Source: Octopus vulgaris (Eukaryota). Taken from it: a stretch of DNA of 64,000 nucleotides. Where the stretch lies: positions 133,796,001 to 133,860,000 of the forward strand of contig OX597816.1 of the NCBI GenBank assembly GCA_951406725.2, read 5' to 3'. Numbering within the stretch: position 1 is the first letter of the stretch; the number at the start of each line of letters is the position of its first letter. Positions 38,892 to 52,270 of the stretch are shown piece by piece. Below the pieces are notes generated by a model, which was not told the origin of the DNA, made no database searches, and was given only the letters and a program-made list of their open reading frames with translations. The position numbers and the translations under genes were made by a program.

Positions 38892-39870
38892 GAGAGAAAA
38901 GTTGGACCTAAGAGGCATCAGTTGTGGTGTGCAAGAGAGACGTTTGCACTGGTATGGTCATGTGACAAGAATGGATGAAGATAGTTGTGTGAAAAAGTGC
39001 CACACCCTAGCGGTTGAGAGAACCTGTGGAAGAGGTAGACCCAGGAAAACCTGGGACAAGGTGGTGAAGCATGACCTTTGAACTTTAGGTCTCACCGAGG
39101 AAATGACTAGAGACCAAGACCTATGGAAGTAAGCTGTGCATGAGAAGACGCGGCAGGACAAGTGAGACCATAACCCATGGCCTCTACCTGGGAGATAAAA
39201 CCACTTTATCATTTTTTTAAAAAAGTCTTCAGATTTTTATGTTTTTAATATCAGACATTCAGGATCAGAAATTTGGCAGTTTCAGAGTAAGTGCTCCAAC
39301 CCTTCAAAATTTTTAAGATGATTTCTTCAGATTTCTGTTTTAAGCCTAGGAAATTATCGAAAGAAAAAGTTCACAAATTCAATTTTTGATTTTTTTTCCT
39401 TCATTCTTGCAAAACTACTAATGCTTCATTCTTCCAAGGATTTATAACAATAATGATAGACTAGTCTACCTTCCATTAATTCTTCCATTAACTCTACTTG
39501 TGAAGACCTGTTGAGGCAAGTGAGAATCAGAATCAAAATCAAAATCAATCAACATCAATGGAAATTGTAGCTGTGATACCAGTGCCGGTGGCACGTAAGC
39601 AAACCATCCAAACGTGGCCGTTGCCAGCCTCGCCTGGCACCCGTGCCACGTAAAAAGCACCATCCAACCGTGGCCGTTTGCCAGCCCCGTCTGGCACCTG
39701 TGCCGGTGGCACATAAAAAGCACCCACTACACTCACGGAGTGGTTGGCGTTAGGAAGGGCATCCAGCCGTAGAAACATTGCCAGATCAGACTAGGCCTGG
39801 TTCAGCCTTCTGGCCTCCCAGACCCCAGTTGAACCGTCCAACCCATGCTAGCATAGAAAGCGGACGCTAA

Positions 39871-39902
<32 letters not shown>
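38892..39902 (+). mobile_element. RTE LINE 3' end interrupted by a 290-bp insert of local DNA
   Basis: [36 protein letters not shown]...GRGRPRKTW to about 39166. The 3' UTR resumes at 39486 and ends in a (GAT)n tail at 39873-39902. Confidence 0.9.
39196..39485 (+). repeat. ~290-bp direct repeat, copy 1 (copy 2 at 41306-41597)
   Basis: Near-identical to 41306-41597, with about 5-7 differences by eye. Confidence 0.95.
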
Positions 39903-40359
39903 ACATATATATAATGGTGATAGCCAATCTCAGGAGGTTGAAGCTCTTGAAAGGGATAACGGAAGTAACAAGTGGAAAGGAACTATAGTGAGGAGAACCT
40001 GTCCAACCTATACATTCAGATATGCATATGCAGAGAGAGACACACACACACATACACAAATACAGCATACACACACATACAAACCGGTATGCATACATAC
40101 ACACTAACATATATATAATGTGTGTATGCATTTGTTTTTCACAGGAACACCTCTAAGTGCTGGCTACCTACTATAAGTATCATGCTAATTATGAGCAACA
40201 AAATCCCAGAAAAAATTATCTCACGTGTATGATATGCAAATGACTTTGCTTTTTAGTATTATGATATGTGTAAAAAGTGTTTAGTCAAATTTTTTGAATT
40301 TACTGTATAAAATACTTTGGAAAAATTCACATACTCTAAATGAACCAAAGCACAAATTC

Positions 40360-41060
40360 AAATGATAGAAAGTCATACAGTTATGACATGTCACAAGCTG
40401 GAAATACTGATCAAACCCTTCTGAACTTTGACATCTTCATATCCATTGGTAGTTGATTTCAAGGGCCAGAAGATAGTTACTACCAACATCACTGGTAATA
40501 AGAACCATTTTACAGTGATGTTGGCCAATATTAATGATGGCAAAAAGCAGCTGCAGCATGTTTTCTCCAAAAGAAAACCATTACTCAAGTAGACATTTTC
40601 CAAAGGAACAGATGCTTATGTCCATGAAAATAGATGCAGAAACAATGGGTGACAGGATCAAAACAGTGTAGTGAGACATCAGGGCAGCCTGCTGAAACGG
40701 CCAGCCTTACTGATGCTGGATGCATTCAGATGCCATCAAGTACTTTCTGTGAAATGGTAACTTTAATCTACAAAGACTGACCTTGCCATCATCCTCAATG
40801 GAATGATCAGTCTTCTATAACCATTGAATGTCAGCATTAACAAGCCATTTAAGTTGCAGGTTTGCATGAAGTGGAAGCAGTGGCTGGAGAGGGGCACAAG
40901 AACATCACTCCAACAGCCTGCATTTGCCAAAGAGATCCCTGTTGTAAGTACATTAGCTGGCAAACCAACTCTGAAACCCTCATGGTAAAGACTTTTAAGA
41001 AATTCTGCATCACAAATGCACTAGAAAGCAGTGAAGATGATATTCTTTTAGAGGAACAAG
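40360..41060 (+). mobile_element. pogo/Tigger-type DDE transposase remnant
   Basis: GNTDQTLLNFD, TGNKNHFTVMLA..DGKK...FSKRK, LLMLDAFRCH, LAII..GM.SLL*PLNVSINKPFK and VKTFKKFCITNALESSEDDIL match DDE_1 pogo motifs. Confidence 0.8.
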
Positions 41061-41305
41061 TACATCAAAGATGACCAATACATTTATTACATTGAAAACC
41101 TAAATGGCAGCAATGAAACAAGATTCCTCGGTTTTGATGGGAAGTATTTGAACTTAAGTTTTAAATAGATTTGGCGAGTAGAAAATGAGACTGAAACAAA
41201 AATGAACAATTAGCTAAAATGTGTCTAATCATGTTTTTATATCATTTTATTTATTGTTGGACTGTGAAAACTCATTTGGGTACTTATTTGTTTAAGTATG
41301 GATTT

Positions 41306-41597
41306 TAAAAACCACTTTATCACTTTTTAAAAAAAAGTCTTCAGATTTTCATGTTTTCAATATCAGACATTCAGGATCAGAAATTTGGCAGTTTCAGAGT
41401 AAGTGCTCCAACCCTTCAAAATTTTTAAGATGATTTCTTCAGATTTCTGTTTTAAGCCTAGGAAATTATGGAAAGAAAAAGTTCATAAATTCAATTTTTG
41501 ATTTTTTTTCCTTCATTCTTGCAAAACTACTAATGCTTCATTCTTCCAAGGATTTATAACAATAATGATAGACTAGTCTACCTTCCATTAATTCTTC
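41306..41597 (+). repeat. ~290-bp direct repeat, copy 2
   Basis: See 39196-39485. Confidence 0.95.
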
Positions 41598-42057
41598 ATT
41601 TTAAGCATGAGATTACAATATTCTGAAATGGATATTCCCTACCAAAAAGCTTTTTTAAAAGCTGAAAGTGACCAACAAAATTTTTTATTTTTTGCTGCCC
41701 CCCGCCTCCTCTCTTTCTGTATGTGTGTGTTTTAAAGGTGATGTTTGGTTTCAGAACCAATAGTAAAATGGAACTGAAATGGGATGACATTTTGCCAACA
41801 AAATAATTTTAGTTAAATATAAAGGAATGATTCTGCTAAGTTTCAGGGACCAGATTTGTCGCTGAAATCCAAATGATTTTGTGAAAAAAATCCAAAAACT
41901 GAAAAGAAAGAATTTTTCTTCAATAAAATAATTTATTTAGTAGTTATCTTCAAAGAAGTAATTCCTTTGAGGCAGATATTCATTATTAATGATCACCTCT
42001 ACGATTGTGACATGAGTATTTGCTCTTCAACATGCAGCAATTTATTAAAAGACTTTT

Positions 42058-42397
42058 ATTCTTTTATTTTAATGCTTGTTTCACTCACTAGACAGCAGGC
42101 ATACAGGGGCACTGCCTCTAATAGTTTTAACCAATCATATTGAACCTAGTATTTACTTTTAAGTCTGGCACTTATCAATCCAGTTGTTGAATCATTAAGT
42201 TAAGGAACTTAAAAACAGGCACACACATATGTATATACAACAGGCTTCTACACAGTTCCTATATACTAACCTCATTCATGAGGCACTGGTCAGAATGAAG
42301 CTATAGAAGACACTTGCATATGAAAAGCAGTAGGATGGAATGCAAAACTACATGGTTACAAAGCAAAATTCTTAACCACATAGCTACATCTGCACCC
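42058..42397 (-). mobile_element. Degenerate SINE family A
   Basis: CTTGTTTCACTCACTAGACAGCAGGCAT...GGCTTCTACACAGTTCC...GAAGACACTTGC...CATGGTT...CTTAACCACATAGC. Confidence 0.6.
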
Positions 42398-42828
42398 ATA
42401 CAACAAATTTCTTTCAGTTTCATTTTATTGATGATTATCATCATCATTTATTATTAAATGCTCAGCTAGAGACAAAACTAGACAGACATAAAGAATTCAG
42501 TTTAAAAACTTCAACTCTAGCTAATGTGATTTAAAATATTATAAATCCATAACAATAATAACATTTGATTATATTATTCAACTTGACAAAGAAGTTGGAT
42601 AAATTCTGACATTTTCTGACAACTAGATGAGAAAATGTCTTCAGTTTTAATCAAAGAAATCATATATATAGGGCTATTTTCCACAAAATGATCTAGTTGT
42701 GATAAGATTATACCACAATATGTAAAAATAAAACTACATAATCTAAAATGCAAACACTAAGCACTCATAGTTAAAAGGAGAAATTGAAAATACTCTATTG
42801 TAATGTAATAATTTGTACTTTCTGTGTT

Positions 42829-43945
42829 CATTTCATTTCATTTCATTTGAGTTTGAGTCCATGCTCAGGCCAAGTCGAAGACTCCACCCTCAGAGTCTGG
42901 TGTGGTTCTCTGTTTAATTTTGACATGTGTAGGAGCGAGTTTGAGTCAGTTTGTGCTCGTTGTGTATATCCTGGGAGATGGGGTTTATCTCTAATGGTGC
43001 TTAAGTATCTATCCAGCTGCAATTTGAATGATTCCACACTGTATCCTGATAGATTTCTGACATGTACCGGAATGGAGTTGAATAGTTGTGCTCCTCGAAC
43101 CAACAGACTTGATTCTCGCAGGGTTTTTGCTGCCTGGCCAGCCTTTTTGTTGATTGGTGGTAGCTGGCAGCGTCTTCCGTGGCACAGCAAGTGGTAGGTT
43201 TTGATACCAAAGTTTGGCACCTTTTGCTCTATCATTTTCCAAATGTATATAATTCGGTATTGCTCAAATCTTCTTTCTATTGAGTACATCCTCAAGGTTT
43301 TGAGTCTTTGCCAATAGTTCAGGTCCCTCGTTTCTGAGAAGTATGAGGTAAAATTTCTTTGGAGCGATTCCATCTTAGATAGTTGGCCCTTTGTTGTTGG
43401 TGACCACAACTGAGAACTGTAGTCAATCCTCGGAAGTATCATACTGTTCCAGAGGGTTTTCATTGTTGAGGTATCTCTTGATTTGAAGGTGCGCAAGATC
43501 CACCCGCTGTACTTTCTTGCAGTAAGACAGACTGAGTCAAGGTGTTCTCTGAATTTTAGGCTGGTTCCCATGTGGATGCCTAAATCTTTCACATACTGTT
43601 TTTCCATCATTTGTTGTCCTGATGGGTTTCTGTAGTTTGTTGTATTTTTCAGATCTTGATCTGTTCCGTAGCGAATTAGTTCAAACTTCTTATCATTGAA
43701 CAACATGTTGTTTGTTTCCTGCCATTTATATATGGTGGTCAGGTCCTTTTGTAAGGCTTCTGTATCCACCTCGTCTTTGATTTGTCTCATGACCCTGGTG
43801 TCATCAGCAAAGGATGAGACGTTGCTGGTTGTATCTTCATCTATGTCAGAGATGAGGATGAGAAACAGGATTGGGCCGAGTACTGTACCCTGAGGAACAC
43901 TGCTGGTCATAGGTGATGGTGTTGAATGGGTTCCATTCACAGTGA
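42829..43945 (-). mobile_element. Young 5'-truncated CR1/L2-group LINE; open 365-codon RT C-terminal frame
   Basis: ORF 42843-43940 has SSVPQGTVLGPILF, SSFADDTRV, KDLGIHM, WILRTF, DYSSQLWSP and MYSIERRFE. The stop lies in a (TGAAA)n tail. CTGTGTT occurs on both sides (42822-42828 and 43946-43952), a probable TSD. Confidence 0.93.
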
Positions 43946-44479
43946 CTGTGTTATTTAAAGAACATTATATTTTCAAGTAAAGATTATTTTGAAGATGAAG
44001 AAATAAAAGGCTGAGATAGAAGAATGATAGATTTGATGCTTGATTATACTGGGTTTTCATTTGGTTTAAATGCAAAATGCAAACCATTAATTCCTGATGT
44101 TATTTTAAATAGCTCATTACAAATAACAATGACATCTTTGCTACACTAGTAGTATTCATCATTTACAACCATCAATATATAGCTGAATCAACAAATTCCA
44201 CCAACAAAGGAACCAAGTTCCAAATTACAGGACAAGACATCAAAGCAGCTTTTAAGCTCACAATTATATTTGAATAGTACGTTTCATCCAAACTTGATTT
44301 ATGAAAAGATACTCGAGCAGAAAGAACCCAAATTCTAATTCCTTTTATTTATGCATTCAAATATGAGAATAAAAACAGAACTGATTATATCTCAATGAAA
44401 AAGTAACAACTATAATTCATTTCTCTTTTAACAATGCTAATAGTAACAATGATAACAACAACAACAACAATAATAATAA

Positions 44480-44690
44480 TCCTTCCAACTTTTGGCACAA
44501 GGCCTGAAATTTTGGGGAAGGGGCCCAGTCAATTTGATCAACCCCAGTATGTAAGTGGTACTTGATTTATCAACTCCGAAAGGATGAAAGGCAAAGTCAA
44601 CCTCAGCAGAATTTGAACTCAGAATATGAAGATGGACAAAATGCTACTAAGCATTTTGCCCAGCATGCTAACGATTTTGCCAGCTCGCCA
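44480..44690 (-). mobile_element. SINE-like repeat, family B
   Basis: GGCACAAGGCCTGAAATTTT...GGTACTTGATTTATCAACTCCGAAAGGATGAAAGGCAAAGTCAACCTCAGCAGAATTTGAACTCAG, set between (AAT)n runs. Confidence 0.75.
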
Positions 44691-44741
44691 CTTTAATAAT
44701 AATAATAATAATAATGAATAATAATAAATAAAAATACTCAC

Positions 44742-44870
44742 AAGACGTTAAATCTAATTGTATAGAGCACACTGTGTTACTCCTGTGTGTAACTTGTCTG
44801 ATCAACAACAGCAAATGACATGATATCGATTGAAAGCTGTCTGTTTTAAATAATATTCAATGACAAAATT
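44742..44870 (-). other. Candidate non-coding exon (129 bp)
   Basis: Minus strand reads attttgtacag|AATTTTG...CGTCTT|gtgagt; stops in all frames. Confidence 0.35.
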
Positions 44871-45714
44871 CTGTACAAAATGGGAGCTATTGTTTCTAGG
44901 AAACCTAAATCGTAAATAGTGTGTCAGCCTATGAAAATGATAACTGTTGGTAGGGTGGAGTTGGTCTTATGTGTAGCTTTTGAGTATATGACTGAATCAT
45001 ATGCAACTGCTGTTAAAATATCTACATCTTTATCCATTAAGATATGCTAATAGCTTGCCTTCAGTTTCACTTTCTGTTTAATAATAATGCAAGTCAACTT
45101 TCACTTTGTATTAGAACTACTACCATTAAAAAATGAGATGTAACTAACATCATCAGCTAACCATCCTGTGAACAGTTTCCCAGAATTACTGAATATTCAT
45201 ATTGATGCTGTAAATTACAGAGTGAGTCATTTTAAGGGAAACATAAATCCAGCATAAAGAGATAAATAAGAAGACAATATTTTAAGCAAAACTTGACTTC
45301 AATAGCAACTGTACAGTTTATTCAAACCAACTAGTTATGTGTTATTTTAATATGTGAAAAGATGATAAGATAACATATGATAGCAAGCAAAAGACAAAGA
45401 AATGGTTCGAATTAAAAATTTTGAAAATTTCGAACATTATAATTATGTAAGGAAAATAAAAATTGGTTTGAGATGAAAATGCAATAAAACGTGTCAACAA
45501 CTTGTGAAGAACACTGTAGGAAGAGATTTCTATAGCTGTAGCTTTATTTCTATCTATTCTTGTGTTGATATGCCATAAACTCTGACACAATTCCATGTTG
45601 TCAATATAATCAACGTTATCTGTTGTTTAAATAATGACAATAGGAACTTTCTGATACTCAGTATGTTTCATCACACTTGCATGACTCAGAAATGTCTGCC
45701 AAGTTACAACTTAC

Positions 45715-45797
45715 TTTCGTTGGTTCAACCAGAAGCGGTGGTCGTGCAGGGATACTGCCATTTCTTTTTGTAATGCCAGAGAGGTATATTTAATTGA
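45715..45797 (-). other. Candidate exon (83 bp)
   Basis: Minus strand reads ttgtgatttcag|TCAATT...ACGAAA|gtaagt. GC/CpG-richer than its flanks; one frame open (SIKYTSLALQKEMAVSLHDHRFWLNQR). Confidence 0.45.
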
Positions 45798-47898
45798 CTG
45801 AAATCACAATTATAATCTAAGAATTCTTTTTAAAAAATCAATGTCCTTGGTTTGGAAACTTTGTGGCTTAGATTCTAAAAAATTAAATTTAAAATGAAAT
45901 TCTCCCTAACACAGAAATATCAAATTTTAAAATCAAAGACTAACTGCTATTTTGCACCAGGAATAAACTTAGAACATGAAGAATTTTGGAAATACTGTAA
46001 TATAATCTAGTATATCCAAACTTTTAAAAACTTAGATTCTAAAATAATTTTAAACATCATATAATTCTAAATAATTATGATTTCAAAATATGATTGCAAC
46101 AGTATAAATTATAACATTTTTCATTAATAATATTCAAATTACACATAACAAAAACCTTTGTTTATTTAATTTTGACCTTCCATATATTCATTGTGATATG
46201 ATAAACTGTTTGTTGTATTTCTACTGGTCAAGGAGAAAAGGCATTGACTGCGACCTTCATAGGCCTTCCATGACTGGTAAGCCTGATGCAGCTGATGCCC
46301 AGCCTGACATCTGCAAGTTAATGTCTGCTGGAAAAAAAATGGCAGTATGCTTGAAAGCTTGCAACAGAGCGAATTCTGCTAAAGAGAGCAAAAGATCAAG
46401 TGGATATGCTAAAGTAGCCAATGCATTAAGCCTACCACTAACAGTGATCTCCAGAGATCTTCTTACATGGCAATTTGAATGCATTTTCACACTTAAGATT
46501 TGAGAGGTTTAGCTACTGCATAAGTTGATAAAAAAATTATCTCCACATGCATATTCATTTCTCCACTTTATTTGTTTCAAATACATAGTTTTTTTTTTCA
46601 TTTCTTTTCCTCCATTTATTGTCTACTAACAGGTGACAAAGATGATAATAAAAGCTGGCTCTAATCTACAGACTTGTGAGCAAAATCATTCCAGCCAGAA
46701 ACATTACTCAATATTAATTGTATTACCTTCTTTCAAGATGATAGAGTACAATTTGAGGAATATTTGGTTGTTATTTCTAACAGGTCATGCAAATACATAA
46801 GAGTCCCATTGTAGGCTCATTCTTTCAGGATCAATATAATGGTAATAAAAATATAAAATAAAAGAAAATGAGATTAATATTCTTTTATATTCATTTTTAC
46901 ATGTTAGTATGGATTTTGTTGAATTTTTTTTAATGGTTCAATAATCTTCCAGCCAGAACCATTCAACCATAAAGTAGAAAAATTGAGATAAGCAGAGTTA
47001 CAAGCCTTGTCCAGCGGTACAATACAATGGCTATAGTAATAACTGAAATAATAACTACATGATCAGAAGTCTACTACGTTATTCTTACAGAAGATGTACT
47101 TTATATAGTTAATAATTTCATATTGAATATATAAAAAGAGTTCACATTATAAGAGAAATTAAATCCTTCTTCTGTGTAATGAACTTTTAATTTTACATAC
47201 TTGTATGTGACTAAAATGTAATTTTTCTTGATACAAAAAAGAACAACCAAGAAAAAGAATTGTTAAAAGAGAAATACTAAAAGAATTTAAACATCAAAGC
47301 AGAAATACAGTTTCAAATTGAATAAACAGTAAATATTATCAACATGAAAGTAAAATATTTAGTAATAAACTTAACACTTTTTTGCTTGCTATGAAAGTAT
47401 ATTTTTCATAGTAGTAGTTCCTTTAACACCTGAAATGATTTTTCAGCAAAATATTTCTTACAGAATGATGAAACTAATGATGACAGTATCCCCACTATAT
47501 TCAGTACCAGAAGAGAACATATGTCTTCTGCTTACAATGAACTATTATGTGTTATAATTAACAAGAAACTTTAAATACTCTTCTAGCTCCAATTAAAAAA
47601 GTCATTACAAGGTCTTCTGAACTTTTAAGGAATAGAGAGAGCTTTTCAGAATAGATTCATGTTTGGAATAAATGCTTGTAGTTTGGTATAGAGCAGTGTT
47701 TCTCAACTTTTTTTTGTCCCATGCCTTACTATGATTACCACTTCCAAAAAACAAAAAGAAAAAAGCAAAGAATATAGCATACATACATATATATGCACAC
47801 ACACATATATATATGTAGTAGTGGTGGTGGTGGTAGTGATGGTGGTGGTGGCAGTAGTAGTAGTAGTAGTAGTAGTAGCAGCAGCAATAGTAGATTAG

Positions 47899-48050
47899 CA
47901 TCATCATCAACAAAGTTTGTTTTCCATGGGCTAGATGGTTTGGAAGGAGCTAGCTAAGCAGAAGATTGCGCCAAGCTTCACTGTCTGTTTTGGCATGGTT
48001 TTTACAGCTGGATGCCCTTCCTAACATCAACCACCTTATAGAGTGGACTT
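47899..48050 (-). mobile_element. RTE 3'-tail element next to a (TAG)n/(TGG)n repeat
   Basis: CATCATCATC...TTTCCATGGGCTAGATGGTTTG...CAGCTGGATGCCCTTCCTAACATCAACCAC. Confidence 0.7.
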
Positions 48051-49952
48051 TTATGAATGACATTTAGTCCTGTTTCTTTAAAAGTTATTAAATCAAGGAA
48101 AATAGATGACTAGAAATTCTGAATCTGATAGCAATTACATTCAGAATTCATTAGGGTATGCATAAATAAACAGTGTCTCTAACCTAGAGTTGCGAGACTA
48201 TATCCAATAACTGGTACAGTACCCTGGATAATAGACTAAATTCTTCCTCGCTTACAGGTAAATTAAAGACACAGAAGAGAGACAGAGATACAGAAAGCCT
48301 TGGAGATAAAACACTAAATTAACTAAAAAATCATGTGCATGATTAAATACTCTTCTCACACAATAGATGGAATTTAAGATTCAGTTGACTCTACTATTGT
48401 AAAAAATAAGTAATATAAAGAATTAAATTCAGTGGTACTTAGTAAATGCAAATTAAGAATGAATAATGAGTGGCTAATTAAGCAAGAATCTGAATCAAAT
48501 ACATTTAACTGTTTCCCAACACATGAACAATACACAACTAAAACCTTCAATGTTACTAGACCATAAATGACTGATATCTCTAGGTGAACCATACACATAT
48601 AACATTGCTAAAGCTACATCATAAGGACTAAGACTCCTCTTCAAGAGCAGAAAATATTTCAGCCATAATCAATTACTGACCCTCTACAAAGTTCAAATAT
48701 GGCAATTAAAAACACAAGTTTATCCAAAAGAAGGCCATTCAGCCAATTGGCAAAAATTCACTCACCAACACACTACAACCAAAAACTCACTGATGTACTG
48801 TTTCTGCTACCAACCTCTTCTATTACCCCGACAATAGCCTCTGTTCCTCTGAACTAACTATCTGCATGCAATATCCTTGAAAGTCCATCTAACATACCTA
48901 TCTTTCTTCCTTTCATCTTTCATTTTCACTGTATCTTAACCCCAGATCTTCCTTCATCTTTACTGCATTTTACACCCAGATCCATCCTGCACTTGACTTA
49001 TTTCCCCACTAGAAATGCAACTCTTCTGAAATTCTTTCATCACCAATGTCTTTTCCTACAGATATTGATCAACAGATGTTCAAACTAAACCACATCAATT
49101 TCCTCAGTCTAGAGAATCTGCAAAGGCTATAACACTTTCCATCCCTCCTCTATCCTTTGTGCTATTATATTTTTCCACATAATAATAGATCTAACTGAAA
49201 ATATATTCGATCTAATCTAAGGAGACATACAGAAGAAACTAAAAAAAAACTGAAAGGATTATCTGGTCATTGGATAATAATGTACAACTTGAAACATATA
49301 CAAAAGACACACATCAAAGAATATTAAGTTTCATCACCAGATTTTTACATACCAACTTCACAACTTAACTAATTAAACTAATGAAAACTAGACAACTTTA
49401 CATACAATACACTCTGATGTACATAACAAAGAAGAAGATAAATAAAATAGAAAGAATGGTCTAGCAAGCCTCCATAACCACTCAGGATTAGGAAAGAATT
49501 AGTAAGAGAGAATACAAAACAATGGCCACATTAGATCATCACAAGTTTATTTTATCAAACAGCAAAAAAGAAAGAAAGAAAATGAAAAAAGAAAAATTTT
49601 AAATTAAACAACTTACAAGAACAATATTTGGCAAAAGATAGAAAACATTACTTTACAAACAATATATCAAGTCCATAATCTTAATAAAACTCCAACAATT
49701 CTGAAACCTGACACTATAAACCACAAACATTACCAATTCTCCCTTTATTGTTAGGTCTCTATACATCATATAGCAAAATTGATGACTGTGAGAGAAGCAC
49801 AATTCATGGTCTGGTGAAGCCCATTCAGGTCATAAGTAAATATTCAAGCTGTTACAAATGCCTCCTCATCAAACCCAGTCATACACAAAACTAACATTAA
49901 TTAACTTTAAAATACAAAAAACATTCAGTTGAAAACTTCTAATATATCTTAA

Positions 49953-50171
49953 CCCATTTCATATCAACCCACCCTAGACCTCCCCTAGTTCTATGATACA
50001 AATTCCCTGTTTTAAAGTGATCTCAATTTATACTTTCCATTAAAATTTCATGTTAAATTACACCAAAGACCAGCTAAAGAACAAAAGTTAATTTGCTAAA
50101 TTCTTCATTATTTTCAAAATAATCTGAAAGGAAAAGAAGTATATTTCAGCGGAAATATGGTAACAGAAGAG
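49953..50171. mobile_element. Possible second TTAA-target MITE family
   Basis: Starts TTAA-CCCATTTCATATC; degenerate right end ATGGTAACAGAAGAG. Single copy in the window. Confidence 0.35.
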
Positions 50172-51279
50172 CATTCATAACTATCTCAAACCATCTCAGC
50201 TCATTCTCCCAAAGTGCCAGTCCATACAATCACAAACTGGTCAGCAAGCAGACTATGCTATAAGGTTCCGGATGGAACTAAAACTTGTATCATTCTGATA
50301 TCAATTAACCCATCTCAGTCCAGATTTATGAAATTGTCTCCTCTGAAAATAAACTCAGTAGTTGTGTAACTGGTTTATTCTCAGCATCTCCTTGTGTAAA
50401 TGATATATTAGACAACAAATCGTACTTTTGTTGTTGTTATTTATATACATTATATTGAAGGTCTACTCCAACTGACATAAGTGAAACTTCTAATACTTCA
50501 TATACAATGCCAATATTTACATACAAAACAAATGCCTTAAATGTCAACATAGAACTCTGAAGGTATTTCGACTACTACTTTATTGGCTTCAATATCAATT
50601 CATTTGCTTGAGTTAGAGAACAATAGCCTTTGTATATGAACTGGAGCAGTCTCTTAGATTATCACATTTCAATTAAAAAGTGGGTACATACTGAAACACT
50701 TCAACGTACACAAAGCTACTGGTAATTAAAACAAAAAAATTAAATCTATATAAAACTCTAATTTAATCAAATTATAACTTGTATATTTAAATATAGTTTT
50801 TGTCATTACATTATTTTCATTAAATATGGGAATTATTTACTGGCTCTTTACCAACAATCACCACAATATGGTAAAGTTTTCAAACCAAGAGAACTTTGTA
50901 TGAACTCCTTTGACCTACTCAGTATAAAAGTAAAATCTGCCTAAACAAACTGTATTTAAAACAAGTCACATTTTAAAACCTACATCTTAATACAACATAT
51001 CAACAATCATAATGACCATGGATAGAATACAGTCAGATTAATGAAATCTAACTTATACTCCAGAATTGCTATCTTCATGGTATTGGTCTACTCAGAGCTA
51101 ACACACAACAGTAAAACACAGAAATTTTAAATGATAATAATTACATGAACACAAGGTCTTCATTGTTTTCTTAAAGTTAACAAGCACAAGCAGTTCTATC
51201 TCAGAATCAGAACTAAGACACACTACATGGGATCAGGCATCCATGACACAGCATTCTATGTAAGAGAAATGCCAGTTAA

Positions 51280-52270
51280 GTTTATTTTATCAATAATATA
51301 ATCTCCATCATTATCAATGGCTGCAACCCAACAAGGAAGGTAAATTCTTTTTTTCTTCATTTAAAAAGTTCTGTACTTTTTCTGAAAAAGGATTAAAATA
51401 CTGGTTTCAATATCTTCTTTGTTTCTGAATGTTCTGCTTCTATGAAATGCTCTAGTGACTGAAACAATTGATAGTCTGTTGGTGCTAAACCTGGTGAATA
51501 TGAGATGTATGGAAAACTTCTTATTCCAACAATCTTATCTTGTCATGGATTTGCTTTGCAGAGTGAACATTTGTCATACTGGAGAATATCAATTTTTCTG
51601 TTTATTCAAAGCTGGTACCTTTTGATGATTCATTTATATTATCTAATTTCTGGCTATAAACAGGTTTCTTTGTTTCAGTACCATATAATATACATCTCTA
51701 TTCCTATTCCACTCCACCTAATGCATATCAAGGACTTCTGTGGATGGCTTACTGATTTTGCTGTTAGTACTAAATTCCTCTAGTGTTTTTATTTTTTTGC
51801 AGTTGACATTCTGTACCCATTTTACTTCACCTTAACAATGTGATGCAGGAATGACAGAGTATTATTTCTAGCCAACTGACTTATGCAGATAATGGACATT
51901 GAATTTAGTTTTCATATGAAAGCTCATGAGAAAGCCAAATCCACTCTTTGTAGTTTTTGCTAACTTGTGTGAGATGTTTGCTGACAGTTGAATGTGACAC
52001 ATTCAACTTCTAAACCAAAGCTCTGGTGTTTTCATGAGAATCTGCTTCAGCCATTTCCTCAAAATGTAGTTCTCCAAAGTGGTTCATTTCCTAGAAGAAG
52101 ACTTATCAGAAAATTCATAATCACAATTTTTGAAACTACAGTTAGCATTTACAAGCCTTTACTACATCAGGATATACATTGCAAATGATTCCTATTGCTT
52201 TCTGAAATTTGTGCAGCAAGCAATAGCAAATATGCTGCATTTTAAAGTCTTTATCTTCCTTTTGTTTAAT
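51280..52270 (-). mobile_element. Older mariner transposase remnant
   Basis: Minus-strand IWLSHEL (WVPHEL-like, about 51921-51941), YSPGLAPTDYQLFQSLEHF (about 51445-51501) and LPCWVAAIDNDGDYII C-terminus (about 51292-51339). Confidence 0.75.

Noticed and set aside
46198-46503. GC-richer segment with short ORFs on both strands
   Set aside because: No recognisable motif or convincing flanking splice pair; left unassigned.
48560-50560. Possible ancient retroelement remnants
   Set aside because: Only faint RT-like traces near 50380-50550; too decayed to classify.
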